Assembly (NCBI GenBank): GCA_041649615.1
Contig: JBAZMT010000005.1
Coordinates: forward strand, 1 to 58,319
Reading direction: 5' to 3'
DNA: 58,319 nucleotides
Source: Parcubacteria group bacterium
Lineage (GTDB): Bacteria; Patescibacteriota; Minisyncoccia; UBA6257; Colwellbacteraceae
In this document: positions 10,695 to 20,593 of the stretch, piece after piece
How the letters are laid out: each line of letters begins with the position of its first letter
How positions within the stretch are numbered: the stretch's first letter is position 1
Program-made: the position numbers and the translations under genes
Notes under the pieces: model-generated
What the model was told of the DNA's origin: nothing
Database searches by the model: none
The model's input: only the letters and a program-made list of their open reading frames with translations

Positions 10695-11725
10695 TCCGCG
10701 TCAGGTTTTTCCAAGCTTACCGGTTCCATTCCGGGCGTCGTTCCCGTAATTCGGAGCACGTCTTTATCCACTTTACCGAGCTCCTTGTAAGCCTGGTTAT
10801 ACATACTGACGGAAGTTCCCAAATGTCCGCCTAATTTTTTCATATATTCTTCGTAACTTGCCAAATGTTTTCCCAGTTCTTCCACGCGGCGGCGGATTTC
10901 TTTGGCCGATTCTTCAATTTGCAAAGCGCGGAGACCTTGAAGGACGGTTTGAAGATACGCGAGAAAGCTTGTGGGTGAAACGATAATCACTTTCTTTTCC
11001 TTAAAAGCGTACTCAATCAAGTCCCTTGTCGCCACTTTAACCGCTCCCACTTTATTTACGAGAAGATCGTAATAAATCGCCTCCGAAGGAATGAACATAA
11101 AAGCGAAATCCATCGTGTTTTCTTCGGGACGAACGTATTTGGAGGTCTCGTCAATCCGGTTTTTGAGGTCGGTCTTGAACTGGCGCTCAAGTTCTTCCCT
11201 AGAGGCGGGGTCTTTCTCATTCAAAATTCGCTCGTAATTTTCCAGGCTGAATTTGGAATCAATGGGAATGATTTTGTCTTTCACAAAAACGACAGCATCA
11301 ACGATCTCGCCGTCCGAAAATTTATACTGCATTTCGTAAGAATTCGGCGGAAGAACGTTTTTTAAGGTTTCTTCCAAAAAATATTCGCCGAGCACTCCGC
11401 GTTGTTTCGGATTTTTTAAAATATCTTCAATGCCTTTAAGTTGGTCTGCAAGCGAAACAACCTGTTTTTGACCTTCGCTTACTTTGGTAAGTTCGCCCGT
11501 GATTTCCTTGATTATTTTCGCGCTTTCGCCGAATTGTTCCCTCATCATTTTGGGAACTTCGCCAAGGCGAGCGTCAAGCGTGCGAGAAAGCTCCGCCATC
11601 TGGTTTTGAAGAAGAATAAGCGAATCACTTTTGGGAGTTTCTTTGCGATTAGTGAATTTAAAAACAGCAAAAAGAATTGCCGCGCCGGCAACAACGCCCA
11701 AAACGACCGCCAAAACGATTTCCAT
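10691..11725 (-). CDS. rmuC: DNA recombination protein RmuC
   Basis: 344 aa with an N-terminal TM helix, a coiled coil, and the RmuC core (VDAVVFVKDKIIPIDSKF, FMFIPSEAIYYDL, IVSPTSFLAYLQ). Confidence 0.85.
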   Translation of the reverse strand: MEIVLAVVLGVVAGAAILFAVFKFTNRKETPKSDSLILLQNQMAELSRTLDARLGEVPKMMREQFGESAKIIKEITGELTKVSEGQKQVVSLADQLKGIEDILKNPKQRGVLGEYFLEETLKNVLPPNSYEMQYKFSDGEIVDAVVFVKDKIIPIDSKFSLENYERILNEKDPASREELERQFKTDLKNRIDETSKYVRPEENTMDFAFMFIPSEAIYYDLLVNKVGAVKVATRDLIEYAFKEKKVIIVSPTSFLAYLQTVLQGLRALQIEESAKEIRRRVEELGKHLASYEEYMKKLGGHLGTSVSMYNQAYKELGKVDKDVLRITGTTPGMEPVSLEKPDAE

Positions 11726-11754
11726 TGCCTAATTCTAAGGGAAAAGGAAGAAAA

Positions 11755-13053
11755 TCAAAATTCCACTCTTTTTATGTCCGCGCCTAAATCCCTGATTCTT
11801 TCGTCTATGCCTTCATATCCGCGATCAATGTGTTCCACGCCCGTTATTTCGGATTCGCTTGTCGCTACGAGAGCGGCGATAATATGCGCCATTCCGGCGC
11901 GAATGTCTTTCATCTCAAGTTCCGTTCCTTTAAGCGAAGTCGGTCCCTGAAAAATCGCGCTGTGATAATGATTTTCTCCCTGAAATCGACAGGGAAGATT
12001 CCCCAAACACTTAGTAACCACTTTTATCTTCGCTCCCATCCGGCGAAGATCCTCCGTGTAGCCGAATCGGTCTTCGTATACCGTTTCGTGAATAATTGAA
12101 GTGCCTTTCGCTTGCGTCATAAGAACGGCTAAAGGTTGCTGCCAGTCGGTTGCGAATCCGGGGTGGGTATCCGTTTCAAGCTGGACGGCTTGAAGGCGGC
12201 TACCCCTGAAAAAACGGATCCCCTCATTTTCCACGATATATTCCCCTCCCATGCGGCGAACCGTGTTCAAGAAGGTAATCATGTGTTCCTGATTCGCTCC
12301 CGAAACAAGAATATTCCCGTTTGTCGCGAGCGCCATAACGGCAAAAGAGGCGGCTTCAATTCTATCGGGTAAAAGCGCGTGTTCCGCTCCGTGAAGCGAC
12401 TTGACCCCTTCAATATATATTTCTCTGTTTGCACCGAGCTCAATAATAGCTCCCATTTTCTGAAGAAGCTTTATCATGTCTATTATTTCCGGTTCTTTGG
12501 CGGCGTTTTTAACAGTCGTGCTTCCCTCGGCCAAGACCGCTGCGAGGATGGTGTTTTCGGTCGCGCCAACCGAAGGATACGGGAGAATGATCAGAGACCC
12601 TTTAAGTTTTTGCGCTTTCGCAAAAATAGTGGATTCTTTTATCTCCACTTCGGCGCCAAGTTTTTCCAAAGCGGCCGTGTGAAAATTAACCGGCCGAGGA
12701 CCGATTTTGTCCCCGCCAACCATCGGCACTTCGCCTTCTCCCGAACGGGCAAGAAGCGGCCCCAACGCCAAAATGGGAATTCTGTTCCGGCGGGAAAGTT
12801 CCGTAACGCGAGAATTTTTTATTTTCGGAGTACGGATGGTAACCACCTCTCCCTCCATCTTAACTTCCGAGCCGATGTGCCGGCAGATTTCCATGGCTAT
12901 TTCCGTTTCTTGGTTCCGAGGTACGTTTTTCAGTATTACCTTGTCTTTCGTAAGCAAACTCGCCATAAGCATTTTGCCGATGGCGTTTTTGGTCCCTTTT
13001 ACTTGCACCGATCCCGTGAGTTTTTTACCTCCTTTGATTACAAGTTTTTCCAT
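11755..13053 (-). CDS. murA: UDP-N-acetylglucosamine 1-carboxyvinyltransferase
   Basis: 432 aa. EPSP-synthase-fold signatures include KGTKNA near the N-terminus, VGGDKIGPRPVNFH and ATDWQQPLAV. Confidence 0.93.
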   Translation of the reverse strand: MEKLVIKGGKKLTGSVQVKGTKNAIGKMLMASLLTKDKVILKNVPRNQETEIAMEICRHIGSEVKMEGEVVTIRTPKIKNSRVTELSRRNRIPILALGPLLARSGEGEVPMVGGDKIGPRPVNFHTAALEKLGAEVEIKESTIFAKAQKLKGSLIILPYPSVGATENTILAAVLAEGSTTVKNAAKEPEIIDMIKLLQKMGAIIELGANREIYIEGVKSLHGAEHALLPDRIEAASFAVMALATNGNILVSGANQEHMITFLNTVRRMGGEYIVENEGIRFFRGSRLQAVQLETDTHPGFATDWQQPLAVLMTQAKGTSIIHETVYEDRFGYTEDLRRMGAKIKVVTKCLGNLPCRFQGENHYHSAIFQGPTSLKGTELEMKDIRAGMAHIIAALVATSESEITGVEHIDRGYEGIDERIRDLGADIKRVEF

Positions 13054-13056
13054 GAT

Positions 13057-13956
13057 CTATTTCGGCTGGTTGCTTAAAATCCTGTCCCAATCACTCTTGT
13101 CCACCGTTTTGTTTTCTACCATTTTTAGGACAAGAGAGAAAATCTCGGGTAATTCACCGTTCGGAAGGTTTTTAAGAAGTCGCTCCGAAAGAGCGGTAAC
13201 AGAAATCATTCCTTCGCTCTGGCGTTCGGGAGTTTTGCCGGTCGCAAAACTGAATCCCGTTTTTCGATTGCTTGAGGCAGGACTAATGCTCGTTGCCATA
13301 AGATCGCCTATACCCGCGGTATTTGTAGCTCCGACTTTTCCGCGAAGGGTTTTTGCGGCCGCGTCCATTTCCGAAACCGCTTTTGAAAACAGGTAAGACT
13401 TAACGTTTTCATCATATCCGAGTCCTTCGGCCGCTCCGAGAGCCATCGCGTATATATTCTTTAGCACCCCCAAAACGGCTATAGAGTACGCGTCTTTCGC
13501 CGTTTCAACGGAAATATTGTCGCCCCTAAATATTTGACTTACGAAATCGACAGTTTCTTTGTGCCCGCCTAAAACGGCGTGTCCTCCTTTGCCGGCTAAG
13601 ATTTCTTCGGCAAGCATCGGACCGCCCATAAAAACGATTCTTTCTTCATTCGCGAATTCAGCGGCAATTTCGGGCGCCGTAAAACCGGTTTTTTCTTCAA
13701 GTCCTTTGGAAACAAAAACCAGTGGAACGTTTGACGGAATATTAGGCGATAATTCGGAGAGTACTGAACGAACGGCGGAAGTCGGGACACAAAAAAATAT
13801 AACTTCCGCATTTTCAAGAGCTCTTCCTGGAAAAGAAACGGAAGATTTTGACGGATCTTTGTCCCAAACGGCAAAAGCGATGTTTGCGCCCGAAGCGATG
13901 AAAGAAATCGCTTTGCCTATTTCTCCCCCGCCGATAATTGAGATTTTCTTGATCAT
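13057..13956 (-). CDS. gpsA: NAD(P)H-dependent glycerol-3-phosphate dehydrogenase
   Basis: 299 aa with a Rossmann N-terminus (ISIIGGGEIGKAI), VSKGLE, and LKNIYAMALGAAEGLG. Confidence 0.8.
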   Translation of the reverse strand: MIKKISIIGGGEIGKAISFIASGANIAFAVWDKDPSKSSVSFPGRALENAEVIFFCVPTSAVRSVLSELSPNIPSNVPLVFVSKGLEEKTGFTAPEIAAEFANEERIVFMGGPMLAEEILAGKGGHAVLGGHKETVDFVSQIFRGDNISVETAKDAYSIAVLGVLKNIYAMALGAAEGLGYDENVKSYLFSKAVSEMDAAAKTLRGKVGATNTAGIGDLMATSISPASSNRKTGFSFATGKTPERQSEGMISVTALSERLLKNLPNGELPEIFSLVLKMVENKTVDKSDWDRILSNQPK

Positions 13957-13965
13957 TCAAGCTAA

Positions 13966-14604
13966 TTATAGCTTCTCTTGAACCATAGCGTTACTCTTCC
14001 TAAATTTACCGACCCTATTCCTTGTAAGAGAAGACAAATATCCGCCGGTTCCAAGCTTATCGCCCAAATCGCGGGCTATGGCGCGGATATAAACCCCGGG
14101 ACCAGTAATGACGCTAAAAGAAACAAAAGGCCACTCATACGACAAAAGTTTTATTTTTTTAATTTCGGCTGGTCGCGACTTCATTTCCATTTTTTCTCCC
14201 TTGCGAACGCGTTTGTACGCTTCCTTTCCGCTTATTTTTATGGCGCTGTAGACCGGAGGAATTTGTTCGCGTTCATTTTTAAATGAACGCAACGCTTTTA
14301 AAACTGCTCTTCGCGTTGGAATTTTTGGATAGTAAATTTCGGTTTTTTTGCCCTCTTCATCATCCGTTTCGCTTACGACGCCGAGACGGACTACCCCCAT
14401 GTACTCTTTTTCCGATCCCGAAACGTTTGTAAGCAATTTCGTTCCTTTGCCGATACCCACAACAAGAATTCCTTCAGCCAAAGGATCAAGCGTTCCGGCG
14501 TGGCCGATTTTTTTGATACCATTTTCTTTTTTAATCTTGCGCAAAAAACCGGCCGAAGAAACGCCTTTCGGTTTCCAAAAAGCGTAAATTCCCTCGCCTA
14601 TCAT
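13966..14604 (-). CDS. truB: tRNA pseudouridine(55) synthase TruB (short form without an obvious PUA domain)
   Basis: 212 aa with the catalytic motif GHAGTLDPLAEGILVVGIGKGTK and, further on, YSAIKISGK. Confidence 0.88.
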   Translation of the reverse strand: MIGEGIYAFWKPKGVSSAGFLRKIKKENGIKKIGHAGTLDPLAEGILVVGIGKGTKLLTNVSGSEKEYMGVVRLGVVSETDDEEGKKTEIYYPKIPTRRAVLKALRSFKNEREQIPPVYSAIKISGKEAYKRVRKGEKMEMKSRPAEIKKIKLLSYEWPFVSFSVITGPGVYIRAIARDLGDKLGTGGYLSSLTRNRVGKFRKSNAMVQEKL

Positions 14605-14816
14605 AGAGAAAATAATTTGTTTCTATCACGCGCTCCTTTTAACAATTTTACCTGCGAAACGGGAACGCGGAAAAATTCGGCGAGCATTTTTGCAGCCGCT
14701 TTGTTCGCTTTTCCTCTCTCGGGAGATGCGGTCAGTCTGATTTCAAAAACATCGTCCCCTTTTTTAACGAGAGAATTTTTGGGAGAATTCGGAAACACTT
14801 TAACCGATAATTTCAT
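14601..14816 (-). CDS. DUF167 (YggU-like) family protein
   Basis: 71 aa. VKVFPNSPKNSL...ERGKANKAAAKMLAEFFRVPVSQVKLLKGARDRNK matches the YggU pattern. It shares ATGA-type overlaps with both neighbours. Confidence 0.75.
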   Translation of the reverse strand: MKLSVKVFPNSPKNSLVKKGDDVFEIRLTASPERGKANKAAAKMLAEFFRVPVSQVKLLKGARDRNKLFSL

Positions 14817-15604
14817 TCAGGAGTCACCGTTATGAGACCGACTTCCGCCCGATCCATAAACCGCACGGGGATTACGCTCGTACCAAGACCAACCGAAACA
14901 TAGAACCAAGTTCCATCGTCGTTTACGAGCCCATTTACAAGATTGGCGGGAATATTTTGATCAGGAAGAAGCAAGGCGCCAACAACGGGAAGTCTTATTT
15001 GCCCGCCGTGAGTGTGTCCCGCAAGAACGAGAGGGATGTTCAATCCGCGAATGGATTCGTTAATCGCCGGTGAGTGACTAAGGAGGATGTCGCAACGTCC
15101 GTTTGCCTCCATTGCCGCGGGAACGTCGGCTAGTCCCAAATTAATGTCGTCTACGCCGCAGATGGAGATACCGTTTATAATTCGGGAATCGTTTAGAAGG
15201 ACGGTGGCGCCGGAACGGCGAACCGAATTGATAAATAATTCTCCTTTGGGATTCGCGTGTTCATGATTCCCTGGAATGAATAGAACGGGATATGCGCCGG
15301 ATAACTCGCTAATCGTGTTTAAAACCGGGGTAAAATCGGTCGTTGATTTATCAATCATGTCTCCCGTTAAAACGACTACATCGGGAGAAAAAGAACGGAT
15401 GGCGCGAATCAAACGACCATTTTCAGATATTTCGCGACCGTGAGAGTCACTTATGTGAACTATTTTCAGTTTGCCGGGGAAATCAGCAAGAGGGATGTTT
15501 ATGTTTCTTATGGCAGGAACGTTCGTTTCCGACCAAATATAAATAACAAGTCCTGCGAACAAAAGCGTCAAAGCAATCAGCCATTTAGCGATTTTCCGAA
15601 TCAT
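14813..15604 (-). CDS. Calcineurin-like metallophosphoesterase, membrane-anchored (YkuE-like)
   Basis: 263 aa with HISDSHG, LTGDMID, GNHE and GHTHGGQ. The stop is TGA, overlapping the start of the next gene. Confidence 0.85.
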   Translation of the reverse strand: MIRKIAKWLIALTLLFAGLVIYIWSETNVPAIRNINIPLADFPGKLKIVHISDSHGREISENGRLIRAIRSFSPDVVVLTGDMIDKSTTDFTPVLNTISELSGAYPVLFIPGNHEHANPKGELFINSVRRSGATVLLNDSRIINGISICGVDDINLGLADVPAAMEANGRCDILLSHSPAINESIRGLNIPLVLAGHTHGGQIRLPVVGALLLPDQNIPANLVNGLVNDDGTWFYVSVGLGTSVIPVRFMDRAEVGLITVTPE

Positions 15605-15661
15605 TTTTCTTTAGTGGATTTTAATCTAAACCCAGGGCTACATCAAAAGAAAGAAAACAAT

Positions 15662-16684
15662 TTAATTTAAAGGATTATTCTTTTCTCCTTCAATCGTGAT
15701 GACAACGTTTTCCGTGGGAAATTGGCTCAAGGTTCTTACGATTTGCGTTCTTAAAGCAGAAGGACTGCAGCGGACAACGCTTGTGATGGAAGAATAAAAG
15801 TCAATGTAGACGGCATCAGCGCTTACGTTAATGGAACGAATGCGTTCCGTCGGTTTCGCAACAGAAAAAATGCCCGTCTTGGTTTCTTTAGCGTTCGGTC
15901 CTTTTAACATTTCCTCGATCGCGGCTCTTACCGGAGAACGGGAAGCCAAAATCACGCGCTCCACGTAATACGAAGTACTGCAAGAGTCTTTAAGAAAATA
16001 AACTTTTATGCGGGAAGTAAGCCCCGAATAATATCCCCATGAGACGGGAATATTTTCTTTTTCGCCGCAAACCGAAAGTTTTCCGTCAATCATATCGCCC
16101 GACATGGCGTCCAAGGCCGAAGAAAGATCAATAGGAATAGAAAATTTTCCGTCAGAGGAGATATCCGCCGAGAGATCGGTTTCATAGACGGTTCCCGTTC
16201 TTCGGTTATTGAGCTCAAGGCAGGCTTTTCCTTGTTTCCCGTAAGCGATACCTTCCACGTTAAAGGCAAGATTCGTGACGGAATTCAAGGTCGGGGAAAT
16301 CACGGCAATAGGCGGATTTTTGGTTACGTGCAAAGACAAGGCGTAACCCTTCTCCACAACCGCTTCCACATCCATACCGACAACCAGGTCGGTTGAGTTA
16401 ATCGGATTGTTATTGACGTCCGTTACGGCCGCCGAAAAAACGGAGAATGAATGTCCGCCGTCTTCCGATAAAACGGTTATGTCCGTTCGCTCAACCGAAA
16501 TGGAAGTTATCGTTCCTTTTCTCGTATAAGTCCCTTCGCTAACGGAAGTCGTGGTTCCGTTTCCGGTCGGTTCCGGCGATGTAGCGGATTTTTCTTTACC
16601 CGAAAAGAAAAGCAATGCGGTGATAATGACGGCCGCTACAAGAAGAGCCAATCCGACAAGCAATATTTTTATCTTATCGGACAA
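15662..16684 (-). CDS. Membrane-anchored protein with a C-terminal GerMN-like domain
   Basis: 340 aa with an N-terminal TM helix. The C-terminal ~110 aa (IKVYFLKD...VRAAIEEMLKGPN...IRSINVSADAVYIDF...QIVRTLSQFP..VVITIEGE) follow the GerMN pattern. Confidence 0.6.
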   Translation of the reverse strand: MSDKIKILLVGLALLVAAVIITALLFFSGKEKSATSPEPTGNGTTTSVSEGTYTRKGTITSISVERTDITVLSEDGGHSFSVFSAAVTDVNNNPINSTDLVVGMDVEAVVEKGYALSLHVTKNPPIAVISPTLNSVTNLAFNVEGIAYGKQGKACLELNNRRTGTVYETDLSADISSDGKFSIPIDLSSALDAMSGDMIDGKLSVCGEKENIPVSWGYYSGLTSRIKVYFLKDSCSTSYYVERVILASRSPVRAAIEEMLKGPNAKETKTGIFSVAKPTERIRSINVSADAVYIDFYSSITSVVRCSPSALRTQIVRTLSQFPTENVVITIEGEKNNPLN

Positions 16685-16690
16685 GGAAAT

Positions 16691-17458
16691 TTATTTTATT
16701 TCGTAAGTAAGGGTGACCGTAACCGTCAACTCTTGCGAACCGGGTTCAAGAGCAACGGGAGTTCTGGAAGAAAGAGCGGCTTCTTTATAGTAAGAATCCA
16801 TTACCGCTCCCGCCGCATAATAAGGAGTCGCATAACCTTCGTTTATAGAGAGCAATCTTCCAACTTTGAATCCGGCCGAGTCGGCGAGTTCTTTCGCTTT
16901 TATTTTCGCTTTGGATATGGCCTTATCTCTCGCTTCTTTTCGCGTGGCGTCCTCATCGTCAATCTTAAACGTAAGGCTTGAAACGGTGTTTGCTCCTTTT
17001 GTGATAACTCCCGAAAGAATGTCTCCGGTTTTGCTGAAATCGCGCATTTTGACCGTTATGGAAGAAGAAATCGTATAGCCAACAATTTGGCGCGGAGGAC
17101 AAATCCCGTCTCCGTAGCAAGTCGTATATCTCGGAGAAATATCATACCAGCTTGTTTTAACGTCTTTATCTTCCACGCCGTTTTCCTTGACGAAGGAAAT
17201 GATGGCGTTCGTTTTGGCGGTATTTTCGTCTTGAAGAGTTCCTATGTTCGTTCCCCCTTCAGTTACGACGCCGACCGTAAATTCGGCGACATCCGGAATA
17301 CCGACCGCTTCGCCTTCGGCCGACACGGAAAAGTTCCGGAACGACGAGGGCTCAATGGATTTTGAGTAAGTATTGACGTACGATGCGGCGCTTCCGGCGA
17401 GAATAATCGCGAATACCGCGCCCACAATGCCCAAAGCGTTCTTAATAGTCTTGTTCAT
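16691..17458 (-). CDS. SIMPL/DUF541 family periplasmic protein (copy 1)
   Basis: 255 aa with a signal anchor. The pattern is FSVSAEGEAVGIPDVAEFTVGV..., ending in the typical VTVTLTYEI. It is a paralog of 41957..42700. Confidence 0.75.
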   Translation of the reverse strand: MNKTIKNALGIVGAVFAIILAGSAASYVNTYSKSIEPSSFRNFSVSAEGEAVGIPDVAEFTVGVVTEGGTNIGTLQDENTAKTNAIISFVKENGVEDKDVKTSWYDISPRYTTCYGDGICPPRQIVGYTISSSITVKMRDFSKTGDILSGVITKGANTVSSLTFKIDDEDATRKEARDKAISKAKIKAKELADSAGFKVGRLLSINEGYATPYYAAGAVMDSYYKEAALSSRTPVALEPGSQELTVTVTLTYEIK

Positions 17459-17486
17459 TGGTATATCATACCAAATCTGTCGGAAT

Positions 17487-18311
17487 TCAAGGAGTCTTTC
17501 TTTTAAGAGCGTTTAAAACGTAATAAATAATCTGGATTGCGAGGAAAGATATTGCGCCGACAAGGACGATCGCCGATCCCGCACCGATGTTTAAGGAATA
17601 CGAGCTTATGAGACCGATACTTATGAATATTTCCGAGAAAACAATGGCAAGAATACTCATTGCCATAAACGATCGGGCGATGAGTTTGGCGCAAGACGCG
17701 GGAATTATTATGGCCGCCGAGACCAAGACGATCCCCAATACTTTAATGCCCAGAACCGTGGATATGGCCGTGATGATGTAAAAAAGCAATTTTATCGTTT
17801 TGGCTCTTTTGTCTTCGGCAGTGGCGAGTTCTTCACTTAAGGCCAAAAGCCCTATCCGCCTGCGAAGAACGAAAAGCACGATCGTAAACACGACGGCGAG
17901 AACGGCCGAAATAACGGCTTCCGATCTGCTTATCGCAAGAATATTTCCAAAAAGATACGACATAAGTTCCGTTCTGTATCCGGGCGCGAGGCCGATAAGA
18001 ATTAGTCCCAAAGCCATGCCGGAGGTAAATATTATGCCCAAAGCCGCGTCCCCCGAGGCTCCGAATTTTTCTTCAAGAATAAAGATCAGAATGGCAAAAA
18101 CAGCGGCGGCGGCGATGCCGCCGATAATGGGATTATTGCCCATAAGCACGGCGGCGGCGACTCCGGCAAGAGACGCGTGAGCGATACCGTCACCGAAAAA
18201 CGACATTTTTTTCAATACGACAAAAACGCCGACGTAAGAAAGAAGTATCCCAAGCGAAAGGCCGGCAAGGGCCGCGTTCTGCATGAAAGAATATCCAAAT
18301 ATTTCGGTCAT
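17487..18311 (-). CDS. Metal (Zn/Mn-type) ABC transporter permease
   Basis: 274 aa, polytopic, ABC-3 family look (FFGDGIAHASLAGVA, YLFGNIL). Confidence 0.85.
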   Translation of the reverse strand: MTEIFGYSFMQNAALAGLSLGILLSYVGVFVVLKKMSFFGDGIAHASLAGVAAAVLMGNNPIIGGIAAAAVFAILIFILEEKFGASGDAALGIIFTSGMALGLILIGLAPGYRTELMSYLFGNILAISRSEAVISAVLAVVFTIVLFVLRRRIGLLALSEELATAEDKRAKTIKLLFYIITAISTVLGIKVLGIVLVSAAIIIPASCAKLIARSFMAMSILAIVFSEIFISIGLISSYSLNIGAGSAIVLVGAISFLAIQIIYYVLNALKRKTP

Positions 18312-19003
18312 TTTTTTGATATGAAGCTGAATTCTTTCCCGTAAAGTTCTTTGAAATGAACCGAAGAAAGAGCTTCGTCCGGTTTTCCTTCAAAAATAAT
18401 CTCGTTGTTAAGCCCGATCACTTTGTCGGCAAGACGATGCACTATGTCCATCTCGTGAGAAACGACGATAATCCCCGATTTCCATTTATCTTTCATTTTA
18501 CGGACAAGATCAAAAAAGCCGGAAGTTTTAGCGGCATCAATTCCGCTCGTAGCCTCGTCCAAAAGCCAGAGCTTCGGTTTTTTGATGGCGGAGCGGGCTA
18601 TCAAAACTTTCTGCAATTCGCCGCCGGAGAGAGATCCCACCATCCGGTTCTCGAGATAAGTAATTCCGATCTCTTCCATCATTTTCCATTTCTCTTTTTT
18701 TTTCGGCGGCGGAGTGGACATTCCTATGAGCTCCGAGACGGTTATGGGGAATTTAGGGTCAAATTGAAATCTTTGCGGAACGTAACCGATGTTTTTATTG
18801 CCGGCGCGGATTTTGGGCAAAGTTATTTTTCCAGAATACGGGATGAGGCCAAGAATGGCCCTAAGGAGAGTTGTTTTTCCCGAACCATTCGGACCTATGA
18901 CGGCTACCACTTCGCCCATTGTGACGCTTAGCGATACGTCTCTTAAAACGTAGTTGTCGCCGAACAATACGGACAAATCTTTAATGTCTAAAACTTTTTT
19001 CAT
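18308..19003 (-). CDS. Metal ABC transporter ATP-binding protein
   Basis: 231 aa with Walker A GPNGSGKTT, signature LSGGELQK and Walker B LWLLDE. Confidence 0.9.
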   Translation of the reverse strand: MKKVLDIKDLSVLFGDNYVLRDVSLSVTMGEVVAVIGPNGSGKTTLLRAILGLIPYSGKITLPKIRAGNKNIGYVPQRFQFDPKFPITVSELIGMSTPPPKKKEKWKMMEEIGITYLENRMVGSLSGGELQKVLIARSAIKKPKLWLLDEATSGIDAAKTSGFFDLVRKMKDKWKSGIIVVSHEMDIVHRLADKVIGLNNEIIFEGKPDEALSSVHFKELYGKEFSFISKK

Positions 19004-19893
19004 TTTAAAGCATCCCTTATCGTCTTAGCGTTTTCCAGAATAGTATCAAGATACGCGCCTTTTGTTTCCAAAGGATTCAACGGTACTATCTTTATTCCTT
19101 CATCTTCACCTATCGCCCGGAGCGGCGCCGAAGAATACTGGATTTCGGAGAAAAACGTTCCGATGTCGTATTCTTTCGCCTTGTCTATAAGAGACTTAAC
19201 GTCCTGCGGAAGCGGTTCTTTTCCGGGAGAAGGTTCGTAAACCGCGACTACGTTTAAATCGTAATCCCTCGCAAAATATTCCCAAGCGTCATGGAAAGTG
19301 ATGATGTTCCGGTTTTTTATTCCCGAAAGAGTTTCTTTTATCTCGGTATCGGTTTCATCGGCTTTTTTAACGAAGGCGGTTAGGTTTGCGGCGTAATAAT
19401 CCGCGTTTTCTTTATCAAGACGGGTAAATTCCTCCGCGATGTTTTGAGCGATTATTTTTCCGTTTTTAATGGAAAGCCAGTAATGAGGATCTATTCCTTC
19501 GTTCGTTATAAGATCGGTTCCTTCGCCAACGTAAAATACGGGAATATTAAAAGAAGAAGCGACATCCGATGCCCAATCATCAATAATTCCGATCTTAAAA
19601 ACGGATGCGGCGCCGGAAACGTTTTTCATCGTTTCCGGAGTAGGCTCAAAAGTGTGAGGAGATTGGCCTTCGGGCACTATGAGCGTAAGCGTTACCTTAT
19701 CGCCTCCTATCTCCCGCGCGAGACTTTCAACCGGAATTACCGTGGTGGCTATTTTCAGTTTTTCCGCAGGCGCATTAACTTTCGTTCTTTCAGAAAAAGG
19801 ATTCAGAAACACGAAAATCGCGATAACGGCGAAAAAAACAATTGTCCCGATAAAAATTATCTTGTCGGACGAATTTTTGAAAATAGAGGGCAT
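19000..19893 (-). CDS. Metal ABC transporter substrate-binding protein (ZnuA/TroA-like)
   Basis: 297 aa with a signal anchor and the cluster-9 SBP pattern (SPHTFEPTP, DPHYWLS, HDAWEYFA). It overlaps the ATPase gene by 4 nt. Confidence 0.85.
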   Translation of the reverse strand: MPSIFKNSSDKIIFIGTIVFFAVIAIFVFLNPFSERTKVNAPAEKLKIATTVIPVESLAREIGGDKVTLTLIVPEGQSPHTFEPTPETMKNVSGAASVFKIGIIDDWASDVASSFNIPVFYVGEGTDLITNEGIDPHYWLSIKNGKIIAQNIAEEFTRLDKENADYYAANLTAFVKKADETDTEIKETLSGIKNRNIITFHDAWEYFARDYDLNVVAVYEPSPGKEPLPQDVKSLIDKAKEYDIGTFFSEIQYSSAPLRAIGEDEGIKIVPLNPLETKGAYLDTILENAKTIRDALK

Positions 19894-19913
19894 TTAACGC
19901 CCAAATTATAACA

Positions 19914-20591
19914 TCATCGGTGGTCGATTAGCAGCTTTGGAAAACGATTTCCGAGTTCTTCCGCCACGTTTTCGGCGAACAAATCAGTCTCCGCAAAAAT
20001 TTCTTCCAGGGTTTTTTCGCGTTTTATGTTCTGAACAAAATATTTGCTTCCGTCCTTTAAATATCCGGCAATGGAGAGAAAATCGTCCATCGTATGCACG
20101 CCCGGAAAAATGGTCGTCCGGAATTCATGATCGGTGCGAGAATTTTGGAGCACGGCAAGGGATTTCTTAACTTTGTCAGCGGAAGAATCCGGACGAGCGA
20201 TGCGCGAATAATTTTCCCAAGAGGATTTGATATCCATAGCCACGTAATCGGCGAGGCCTTTGTCTAGGATAAACCCAAGCATGTCGGGCTCCGAACCGTT
20301 CGTATCAAGTTTGACCTTAAACCCCATGTCTTTCAGTTTAGACAGGAATTCCGGAAGTTCGAGTTGAAGACAAGGTTCTCCTCCGGTAACGCAGACTCCA
20401 TCAAGCATTCGGCGATTTGCGAAAAGCATTGAGAAAAATTCTTCTTCCAAAACGATTCCTCCTTCCGCGGAAAGAAGCTCCGGATTATGACAATAAGGGC
20501 ACATAAAATTGCAGCCACGCAAAAAAACAACGGATGCGACAACGCCCGGGTAGTCTATGAGGCTAACCTTTTGATAACCGCCGAGAAACAT
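19914..20591 (-). CDS. nrdG: Anaerobic ribonucleoside-triphosphate reductase activating protein (radical SAM)
   Basis: The CxxxCxxC motif sits in GCNFMCPYCHNPE, preceded by SLIDYPG. I place the start at ATG 20591 (MFLGGYQK...), immediately after the nrdD stop. The track start 20663 would overlap nrdD by 70 nt. Confidence 0.85.
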   Translation of the reverse strand: MFLGGYQKVSLIDYPGVVASVVFLRGCNFMCPYCHNPELLSAEGGIVLEEEFFSMLFANRRMLDGVCVTGGEPCLQLELPEFLSKLKDMGFKVKLDTNGSEPDMLGFILDKGLADYVAMDIKSSWENYSRIARPDSSADKVKKSLAVLQNSRTDHEFRTTIFPGVHTMDDFLSIAGYLKDGSKYFVQNIKREKTLEEIFAETDLFAENVAEELGNRFPKLLIDHR

Positions 20592-20593
20592 AA

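Noticed and set aside
12379-13077. Long plus-strand ORFs in the track, antisense to conserved minus-strand genes (for example 12379..13077, 12707..13396, 33655..34215, 34285..34944, 36125..36778, 54585..55007).
   Set aside because: They lie entirely inside strongly supported genes on the other strand (murA, gpsA, the fibre locus, ftsZ). Their translations are low-complexity and R/F/S-rich, and they lack start contexts. They are shadow ORFs.
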